IMG/VR virus record: IMGVR_UViG_3300012344_000017 | Coordinates: 32,001 to 96,000 of that record | Reading direction: 5' to 3' (one strand) | DNA length: 64,000 nt | Origin: a virus | Taxonomy: Duplodnaviria; Caudoviricetes | In this document: positions 57,659 through 64,000 of the stretch, piece by piece | Layout: each line of letters opens with the position of its first letter | How positions within the stretch are numbered: position 1 is the stretch's first letter | Notes under the pieces: generated by a model | What the model saw: only the letters and a program-made list of their open reading frames with translations | Databases searched by the model: none | What the model was told of the DNA's origin: nothing | Made by a program: the position numbers and the translations under genes

Positions 57659-57832
57659 TTACTCTGGGATCATTACCTGCTCTTGGTAGAAACGGACATT
57701 GATGTTCTTGCATGTAGCAAGCCAAGGACCAAAGTCCTTCATTAAGTCCTCAAATGAGTCGTAAGGCTTGCTGTGTTGCCAATAGTTCCTGTTTGTCTCT
57801 GCTGCGATTTTATAAACTGTCTTTGTATTCAT
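57659..57832 (-). CDS. Small early protein (57 aa), below the track cutoff
   Basis: MNTKTVYKIAAETNRNYWQHSKPYDSFEDLMKDFGPW...; follows the motif copy at 57881 with an AT-rich leader. Confidence 0.65.
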   Translation of the reverse strand: MNTKTVYKIAAETNRNYWQHSKPYDSFEDLMKDFGPWLATCKNINVRFYQEQVMIPE

Positions 57833-57909
57833 AATTATAAGTGTTAAACTGTTAATATTATCGCAAGAGTGAAGAATGTGTTTATTAGTTGTTAAGGGAG
57901 AAAGCAGAG

Positions 57910-58104
57910 CTATTTAGCCCTGCAATCCCAGATTATATACCCAATGACAGATAGGAAGATGATAAACATCACATTGAGTAGAATGCGACCAAAGACCCCC
58001 AATAGCATAGTTGGAGAAGTATATGATACATATGAGCCCCAAGCAAACAAGCACTCAAGCGCAATAAGGAGAACGATAACGATAATGCATGAAATCTTAG
58101 TCAT
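57910..58104 (-). CDS. Small two-TM membrane protein (TAG stop)
   Basis: 64 aa; first gene after the motif copy at 58151. Confidence 0.65.
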   Translation of the reverse strand: MTKISCIIVIVLLIALECLFAWGSYVSYTSPTMLLGVFGRILLNVMFIIFLSVIGYIIWDCRAK

Positions 58105-58330
58105 AGTTGTAAATGTTTAAATGTTAATATCATAAGAAAGATGAAGATGATTTATTAGATGCTCAGCAGAACAAAGGCGGGGGTATCCCGGATCGCGTAC
58201 TTGGGGAGGGGGTCGCTATTATACTGTTTCACGTTTTTATACATGCATTACCACTTTAAAATTAGAAAAAATATTTTTGTTCTCCCCTTTATACGCTCAC
58301 TGTAACTTTTAAATTATAAAAAATAAAACA

Positions 58331-58358
58331 AAAAAAAGCCGAGGCGTTAACCTCGGCT
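58331..58358 (-). terminator. Intrinsic terminator
   Basis: AGCCGAGG-ttaacg-CCTCGGCT followed by a T run. Confidence 0.85.
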
Positions 58359-58514
58359 AGCTTCTTTAAATTTTCTAAAGAAATCATTTATTTCTCTCAT
58401 GTATATATGATTATCTCTTTCATACATAATAGAATCTATCCATTCTCCTGTACTATCTTTAAATCTTCCAACTCCAAGATAATTATAACAGTGTCCTTTG
58501 TACTCGTATACCAT
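58347..58514 (-). CDS. DUF1653-like small protein (55 aa)
   Basis: MVYEYKGHCYNYLGVGRFKDSTGEWIDSIMYERDNHIYMREINDFFRKF... Confidence 0.55.
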   Translation of the reverse strand: MVYEYKGHCYNYLGVGRFKDSTGEWIDSIMYERDNHIYMREINDFFRKFKEASRG

Positions 58515-58515
58515 T

Positions 58516-58788
58516 TTAGAACCTCCACCATCTAGTTGTTTCTTTCTTTAACTCTTCGAGACACGCGTCATATTTCTCTTTCCAATACTTCTCCATGCCT
58601 CTACTCCATTCTAAATCATATTTTAGTTGCGCTATAACTGATTGTAGCGATTCTATTACGCTACCATTATTTGTGTCAGATTTGCTATTCTGCACAAGCT
58701 TCTCGTAGTCCTTCTTATCAAGGATAACATAGTCCTTAAGCTGTCTAATTTGCTGTACTAAATCTGTTTCTTTCGTCTCCATCTCCAA
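58516..58788 (-). CDS. Coiled-coil hypothetical protein
   Basis: 90 aa ending RWWRF. Confidence 0.65.
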   Translation of the reverse strand: MEMETKETDLVQQIRQLKDYVILDKKDYEKLVQNSKSDTNNGSVIESLQSVIAQLKYDLEWSRGMEKYWKEKYDACLEELKKETTRWWRF

Positions 58789-58945
58789 AAACCTCCTTAA
58801 ACTTCCAAAATTCTCCTTTTTCGTCCATCTGAAATGCCAGATCTATTATCTGTCTAATATGCTCAGAATCAGGCACTTCTCGCAGATCGTCATATAGTCT
58901 CAGCATCGCTTCCTTGAACTCCGGGTTCATGTGTGACTCCTTCAT
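58745..58945 (-). CDS. Hypothetical protein (extends to 58736 if TAG=Gln)
   Basis: 66 aa ORF. Confidence 0.55.
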   Translation of the reverse strand: MKESHMNPEFKEAMLRLYDDLREVPDSEHIRQIIDLAFQMDEKGEFWKFKEVFGDGDERNRFSTAN

Positions 58946-59111
58946 CTTTTACTTCTTTAAGGGCTTTTATAACCTCTTCTTTAGTTGTTTCTATCTTACT
59001 CTGTTCAGCTTGTTCTACAAGCTCTCTTATCTGCTTTACTGTAGTACCAGCTTTAAGGATAAGATCACCGTCTTTATCGTATAAATTGCTATACTTACTA
59101 ATCTTTCCCAT
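58890..59111 (-). CDS. Hypothetical protein
   Basis: 73 aa, MGKISKYSNLYDKDG. Confidence 0.6.
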   Translation of the reverse strand: MGKISKYSNLYDKDGDLILKAGTTVKQIRELVEQAEQSKIETTKEEVIKALKEVKDEGVTHEPGVQGSDAETI

Positions 59112-59179
59112 ATCTATTACATAATATCCAGGCTAACAATACCGCTGATCCCGGAAGAATTAAAAACATAAAAATTAAA

Positions 59180-59302
59180 TCAAATGGATTCATCGTCATT
59201 ATGTATATCGTAAAAACCTAATTGCCTTCCCCTTTTCTCTGCTCTTTCTATTATCTGAGCCGCTTTAAGGAAGTTTTCATCCTAAGCTATTCTACTCAGC
59301 AT
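59180..59302 (-). CDS. Small protein (40 aa, one TAG=Gln)
   Basis: MLSRIAQDENFLKAAQIIERAEKRGRQLGFYDIHNDDESI*. Confidence 0.45.
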
Positions 59303-59747
59303 GGGCTACGTATTTCGTGCACTCTTCCTCTATAATTTCACCATCGTCGTTACGTGTTATATGTGTGTATTTTTTCTTTGATCTATTGTATTTAAATGCT
59401 CTGAAAGCCTTATCTCGCTCCTGTTTATCATCATAACGATGTATGTATTTCATCATCTATGTAGCATTTACAGAGCCTGCAACACCTAAATTACAGAGGT
59501 TTTTAACAAAACTCTAAGCCCCATCTTCACCAAACTTATGTTTTAGCATACTGTACTCTTTAAGGCTTTTCTAGAACCACTAATTCTCTACATCATACGT
59601 AGGCTCCTAGTCTATTATGTAGGCTATGTTTATAGGGAAGCCGTGTACGAAGAAATATTTACACTATTCCGTACAAGGTCTGTCCTAATACTGTAGAGAT
59701 AAAAAGTCGGCATAATAGAGTACAGCGCTCATTTCTACATAATTCAT
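59277..59747 (-). CDS. Hidden recoded gene (156 aa, 8 TAG=Gln)
   Basis: ATGA overlap with the upstream gene. MNYVEMSAVLYYADFLSLQYQDRPCTEQCKYFFVHG... to TGA at 59279-59277. Confidence 0.75.
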
Positions 59748-60139
59748 GCCTTCTTAGCTGTTTTTTGTACACACTGAGTAAAGTATCCAACTAGATAAGC
59801 AAATACTTCATTTGTATCGTCTGTGAGCTTTATATGGCATGCATCCAATATATCCACAGCTGCATGAAATGATTCATGAGCAAATGTGTTAGCATTCTCT
59901 ATATCGTCCTCAAGCTTGTTTATCACAATAACTTCACAATCTTTGTTGTTCTCTTTATCATACGCCCCTCTAACTGTATATGCTGTAAAATCAGACCATT
60001 CGTCATCAAGGATAGATGTATCATCTTCTCTAAATGAGAACCTCTTATCTACTACAGTCTTATCTGGATTAAGTATGACATACAAATCAAAGCAGTATAC
60101 TGTGTTGTATTTATCTATTATACACTTCTTTTTATCCAT
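59744..60139 (-). CDS. Zincin-like metallopeptidase domain protein
   Basis: FAHESFHAA...NEVFAY. Confidence 0.75.
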   Translation of the reverse strand: MDKKKCIIDKYNTVYCFDLYVILNPDKTVVDKRFSFREDDTSILDDEWSDFTAYTVRGAYDKENNKDCEVIVINKLEDDIENANTFAHESFHAAVDILDACHIKLTDDTNEVFAYLVGYFTQCVQKTAKKA

Positions 60140-60304
60140 ACTATTTATTATTAGTCTTACTATTCTTACTAAGCTTATATATTACACTCTACAATATCTG
60201 TATAGCTTATATAGTCTTATATAGCTGTACTACTAAAGTAGATCTCCTAAAGAGAATATATAAGAGAAAGGGTTCTTAATCTGTCAACCCCCCCTACTAT
60301 CCCC

Positions 60305-60405
60305 CTAACGTAAAAAATGCAAAAAAGTTGCATATCGTACAGAAAAGTACAGTTTGTACAAAATTTTTATACCGTTTGCAACCATTTTAAAAATTTGTTC
60401 GTTAT
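60305..60405. promoter_or_regulatory. Divergent pair of ECF-type promoters (TGCAAC-N16/17-CGTTA)
   Basis: - strand: TGCAAC 60332-60327, 16 nt, CGTTAG. + strand: TGCAAC 60377-60382, 17 nt, CGTTAT 60400-60405. Confidence 0.75.
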
Positions 60406-60430
60406 GGCAGCGTAAAACAATTAAAATTTA

Positions 60431-60856
60431 ATGGATATGACAAAGATTTTAAAGGTTATTAAGCCATTCTTTGTAATGGAAGTTGGCGATACATTCGAGT
60501 ACAACGAGAAGACAAAGGAGTATAAGAGTGTGTATAACGAAGAGCATAATAGCTCAAACGAAGAGAATTCTACGGTTGTTTCCTCATATAATTCAGTTTA
60601 TACAATTTCTGAAGACTATGCAAAGATGCTTGTTGAGAACGACTATCTCGAAGAGGTTATGCCAAACACAGCTAGAGACAAGCAGTTCGTTAATATCTTC
60701 GACGAGATTGAGCACCTGCTTATTCAGTATAACACTGATCTGAATACCCTTTTGAACTCTAAGGACGATACTCCTCAGTGTTTAAAGGTTGAGAAGGAGA
60801 CAGTTCTTCGTAATATGATTAAGTTACTCCAGCACCTTAAATCGTTGAAGAAGTAA
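60431..60856 (+). CDS. Hypothetical protein
   Basis: 141 aa; first gene after the + strand promoter. Confidence 0.8.
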   Translation: MDMTKILKVIKPFFVMEVGDTFEYNEKTKEYKSVYNEEHNSSNEENSTVVSSYNSVYTISEDYAKMLVENDYLEEVMPNTARDKQFVNIFDEIEHLLIQYNTDLNTLLNSKDDTPQCLKVEKETVLRNMIKLLQHLKSLKK

Positions 60857-60857
60857 T

Positions 60858-61286
60858 ATGGAAGACGAGAAGATGATTGACCAGACTCAGTTGGCTGAGG
60901 ATTTGTCAGCAAAGATTAAATACGACTTTGTTAAGCAATTCCTTGTTAAACCACTGGAGCCTGTAATGGTAAAGAAGAAGGTCTCCGAACCTGTGGCAAA
61001 AGATACTAAGCCAAAGAAGGATAAGGATGGGATCGAAGCTGTTGATTATGATGACGTAAAGGAAGAGATTAAAGAGGTTGAGTCAGACTATAGAAGGGGC
61101 GTAGTTCTTAAACTTCCGTTTAATTATACTCATCCATACGACGATGATAAGATTAAACAAATGCCTATCAAGGTTGGCGATGTAATTATATACAAGCCAT
61201 TTAGAACTACTTATTTCGATCTACTTAAGGACTCTCAATTGGTAGAGATTTACGACATCGTTGCAGTTGAAGAAGTTACTAAGTGA
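60858..61286 (+). CDS. GroES-like co-chaperonin
   Basis: FLVKP...RGVVLK...IKVGDVIIY...LVEIYDIVAV. Confidence 0.7.
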   Translation: MEDEKMIDQTQLAEDLSAKIKYDFVKQFLVKPLEPVMVKKKVSEPVAKDTKPKKDKDGIEAVDYDDVKEEIKEVESDYRRGVVLKLPFNYTHPYDDDKIKQMPIKVGDVIIYKPFRTTYFDLLKDSQLVEIYDIVAVEEVTK

Positions 61287-61510
61287 TGAATATTGATAAA
61301 GTTTGCAGAGAGATCGGACATAAGCTCAACGAAGATCCAGAGTTGGTAAAGCAGATAGTTATGCACCAGTTTAAATTTGTTGTAGATGTTATGAAAGACC
61401 CGGATGACACTAGAGATGTGCTGATAAACAAACTTTTCAGATTTAAGCTTAAGGGAAGATTTAAAGATAATAAAACAAAAGATTACAGTCCATATGAAAA
61501 AGATAGTTAA
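61283..61510 (+). CDS. HU/IHF-like DNA-binding protein
   Basis: Two helices followed by VLINKLFRFKLK. Confidence 0.55.
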   Translation: MMNIDKVCREIGHKLNEDPELVKQIVMHQFKFVVDVMKDPDDTRDVLINKLFRFKLKGRFKDNKTKDYSPYEKDS

Positions 61511-61886
61511 TATAGTCCGTACTCCAATTATGATCGACACTGATACACTCGAGGTAAGTACACTTGACAAAGGTCCTAGATCAATTGATGAGATTTATGT
61601 AATTCCCGAGGATGCTACAATCATTTGGAAGAAGGTAAACGCCGAAGCCGAAGATAGGACAGTGGATGTTAAGAAAGGCGATATCATGATTACATTCTAC
61701 GATCGAGATTACAAAAAAGATTTCGTTATCGTTAATGGTGCAGATGAATGGAAGGATGCAATCAATAACTACAAGACCGCTACGCAGAAGCGAAAGGAAG
61801 AGTGGGCTGCTAAACAGAAGTCGCAAGAGCTGTGTTGCGAAGATTGTTCAAACTGTCCAGATTGTGAAGTAAAAGGGTCAATTTAA
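61494..61886 (+). CDS. Hypothetical protein with Cys-rich C-terminus
   Basis: 130 aa, CCEDCSNCPDC. Confidence 0.7.
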   Translation: MKKIVNIVRTPIMIDTDTLEVSTLDKGPRSIDEIYVIPEDATIIWKKVNAEAEDRTVDVKKGDIMITFYDRDYKKDFVIVNGADEWKDAINNYKTATQKRKEEWAAKQKSQELCCEDCSNCPDCEVKGSI

Positions 61887-61897
61887 ATGTTTAAATT

Positions 61898-62218
61898 ATG
61901 AAGAAGGTTACTAAAACAACAAAGAATACAAAGAAGTCTGCATTGGTAGTGGATTTCACGGATGAGTTCAATATTAATCATCCACGATTTGCATTCATTG
62001 AAGCAAAGTTGAAGCAAGGTGTACCATTCACACAGAACGACTTTGACTGTATATGTGATTTGATGAGAGATTATATTCTAAGAGAAATGTTTAGAGAATA
62101 TAATTCTGTAATTAATGTTAACGGGATGCTTATTCATCGTAATGCATTCGAGATTAATATTAAGACAAAGCAGCCTTGGTACAAGAGATTATGGAATTGG
62201 ATTACTCATAAGAAGTAA
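61898..62218 (+). CDS. Hypothetical protein
   Basis: 106 aa ending PWYKRLWNWITHKK. Confidence 0.7.
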   Translation: MKKVTKTTKNTKKSALVVDFTDEFNINHPRFAFIEAKLKQGVPFTQNDFDCICDLMRDYILREMFREYNSVINVNGMLIHRNAFEINIKTKQPWYKRLWNWITHKK

Positions 62219-62228
62219 TCGACCTTTA

Positions 62229-62303
62229 GAGTCTATTAGTCAAACGGTAAAGACAGCCCGATATAAAGGGAATAGTTAGCAGGTTCGACTCCTGCATAGA
62301 CTC
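62229..62303 (+). ncRNA. tRNA-like gene with degenerate anticodon arm
   Basis: GAGTCTAT/ATAGACTC stem, D arm GTC..GG..GAC, T arm GCAGG-TTCGACT-CCTGC. The anticodon arm is only CCC-GATATAAA-GGG. Confidence 0.6.
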
Positions 62304-62458
62304 CGATCATTGTTTCATAATTAAAAATTTGAATTTTTATAAAATTATCTAAGTGGCTTGGTCGTCAGTACACTATAAATAAAAGCTGTATGTATATACA
62401 TGTGAGGCGGCCCCTAATACTGGTTCAACGTAACTCCAGTTAAAAGTTACGTGTTTAT

Positions 62459-62529
62459 CGCGAGATGATGAAAAGGTATCATACGAGGCTCATAACCTCG
62501 ATTTGCTAGTTCGACTCTAGCTCTCGCAA
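62459..62529 (+). tRNA. tRNA-Met (CAT), initiator-like
   Basis: C1.A72 mismatch, anticodon arm CGAGG-CTCATAA-CCTCG, T arm GCTAG-TTCGACT-CTAGC. Confidence 0.88.
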
Positions 62530-62535
62530 CTATAT

Positions 62536-62607
62536 TGCCCTATCGTATATTGACTATTACCTCTGTCTCTAAAACAGAAGAAGTGGGTTTGATTCCTACT
62601 AGGGCGA
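62536..62607 (+). tRNA. Amber suppressor tRNA (anticodon CTA), presumably Gln
   Basis: Acceptor TGCCCTA/TAGGGCG, anticodon arm TCTGT-CTCTAAA-ACAGA (CTA at 62569-62571), T arm GTGGG-TTTGATT-CCTAC. Confidence 0.92.
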
Positions 62608-62626
62608 CTAATAAATAATAATAAAT

Positions 62627-63412
62627 ATGGTAGTAAGATACAGAAATTACAAAGGGATCCCTGGTATATACAAATGGGAAAACCGAATAAACCATAAATG
62701 CTACATAGGACAATCTATTGATTTAAACAAAAGGTTGGCGCATCACTTTAGTAGCATAAAGAATAATAGATACAACAATCCGCTTTATAGAGCTATAAAG
62801 AAATATGGTTTAGAAAATTTCGATGTAACTATCATAGAGGTGTTAGAGACTTCTGATGATTTAAAATCGAAGTTAGACGAAAGAGAGAAATATTATATAC
62901 AAAAATACAACTCGTTTGGTAAGGGTGGTTATAATCAAACGCTTGGTGGCGATGATGGAATATTAGGATATAAGTTTACAGATGAACAAAGAGAACATGT
63001 GTCTAAAAATTCTACGAAAGTTGCCGCAGAAAAAAGTCGACGGGTTTATATGTATAATATAAAAACAAATTGTATTCAAATATGGATTGATATAAAGCAT
63101 ACTGCAGGGTATCTTAAAATGAATGGAGCTACAATTCGCAGAGCTTGCCTTGACCAAATTCATTTAATAAAAGGCGAATGGGTGTTAGGGTATTCTGAAG
63201 AAGATGTTAAAATGAGAGCTAAAGATGTTTTAAGGTACAAAAACACTGGGCGCTTTAAACAGCAATATTGTGGTACATTTATTTATAAAGGTAATAAGTT
63301 TGTAGGAAATATAAAAGAAGCTGCAGAGTGCTTTAAAGTTAGTAAATCTTATTTATATGGAGTTTGTAATAAATCTAGGAAGAGTAACGTTTTATTATTT
63401 ATACCGAATTAA
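62627..63412 (+). CDS. Free-standing GIY-YIG homing endonuclease
   Basis: GIYKWEN...CYIGQS...R...H...EKYYI...GYN, with NUMOD-like C-terminal modules. Confidence 0.9.
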   Translation: MVVRYRNYKGIPGIYKWENRINHKCYIGQSIDLNKRLAHHFSSIKNNRYNNPLYRAIKKYGLENFDVTIIEVLETSDDLKSKLDEREKYYIQKYNSFGKGGYNQTLGGDDGILGYKFTDEQREHVSKNSTKVAAEKSRRVYMYNIKTNCIQIWIDIKHTAGYLKMNGATIRRACLDQIHLIKGEWVLGYSEEDVKMRAKDVLRYKNTGRFKQQYCGTFIYKGNKFVGNIKEAAECFKVSKSYLYGVCNKSRKSNVLLFIPN

Positions 63413-63430
63413 ACAATATTAAAGAATACT

Positions 63431-63976
63431 ATGGAGTTAAAATTTAAGAGACTTGAGGACGATGCCGTCCTCCCTATTCGTGGCACAAAAGGTGCTGCAG
63501 GAATTGATTTGACTTGCATTAAGATTGAAACAGCGCTTAACGAAGCAAATCAGCTAATGTTGGTTTACCATACAGGATTGGCAGTTGAAATTCCTGCCGG
63601 ATATGTTGGTTTACTTATACCACGCTCTAGTATTTGGAAGAAGTCATTGTGGCTTACTGATAATGTCGGTGTTATCGACAGTGATTACAGAGGCGAACTT
63701 ATAGCTTACATGAAGGCTACTACCGATGTAGTTCCTGCTATTTATAAGCAGGGTGAGCGCTTCTGTCAGTTGGTCATTGTTCCAGTACCAGAGTTTACAA
63801 TTACCGAAGCATCAGAGCTCTCGAACACAGAGCGCAATGAGGACGGTTTTGGTTCAACAGGTACTGATAATAAGAAAGTTAGCGCAGCTACGGGAACTGA
63901 GGCACAGGCTAGCGAACAGCCACAGTCCGTACCAGAGCCAGCGGCGGTACAAGAAGGTGCTGAGGCAGGTGAGTGA
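63431..63976 (+). CDS. dut: dUTPase (trimeric)
   Basis: AGIDL, PRSS, GVIDSDYRGE, QLVI, R..DGFGSTG. Confidence 0.95.
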   Translation: MELKFKRLEDDAVLPIRGTKGAAGIDLTCIKIETALNEANQLMLVYHTGLAVEIPAGYVGLLIPRSSIWKKSLWLTDNVGVIDSDYRGELIAYMKATTDVVPAIYKQGERFCQLVIVPVPEFTITEASELSNTERNEDGFGSTGTDNKKVSAATGTEAQASEQPQSVPEPAAVQEGAEAGE

Positions 63977-64000
63977 CAAGCTTGACAAGCCTGCATAAAG

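Larger units (their letters stand above)
56881..58166 (-). promoter_or_regulatory. Five copies of a 16-bp motif CT(T/G)A(G/A)CA(A/T)CTAA(T/G)AAA, candidate virion-RNAP early promoters
   Basis: Copies at 56881, 57120, 57627, 57881 and 58151, all intergenic and in the same orientation at the head of the early block. Confidence 0.7.

Noticed and set aside
29822-60224. + strand ORFs opposite the - strand genes
   Set aside because: Antisense shadows of well-supported genes.
62229-62303. tRNA-His call from the G-1:C73-like extra pair
   Set aside because: No GTG anticodon and no proper anticodon stem.
62355-62425. Theta/HDV-like or pistol ribozyme beside the tRNAs
   Set aside because: Some P1/P2/P3-like pairing can be drawn, but L3 is too long, the P1.1 GG is missing and it is not at a tRNA 3' end. 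The pistol consensus does not fit either.

Overview
A 64 kb segment of a crAss-like phage (Crassvirales, Bacteroidota host inferred) that uses two genetic codes. The + strand late/virion block (1-29231) looks fragmented in the ORF track only because TAG is read as Gln (code 15). It is really six long genes: a tail muzzle/stabilization protein, three ejected cargo proteins, a ~5200 aa virion RNA polymerase polyprotein (DFDID) and a ~2120 aa ART/zincin protein. The - strand early/replication block (29313-58104) uses the standard code, with several real TAG stops. It encodes nucleases, AAA ATPases, primase, SSB, DnaB, PolB and an ECF sigma factor, and carries a group I intron with an HNH endonuclease. 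A divergent ECF-type promoter pair at ~60300-60405 probably drives a small recoded - strand cluster and a + strand operon (GroES-like, HU-like, tRNA-Met, amber suppressor tRNA, GIY-YIG, dUTPase). The main unexpected signal is an RNA layer in the early region: a circularly permuted two-piece tmRNA gene, at least six anticodon-less tRNA-elbow mimics, a ~2.1 kb hairpin-dense region with no credible ORF, and two families of repeated small structured motifs. All calls come from manual reading; no searches or folding programs were run.
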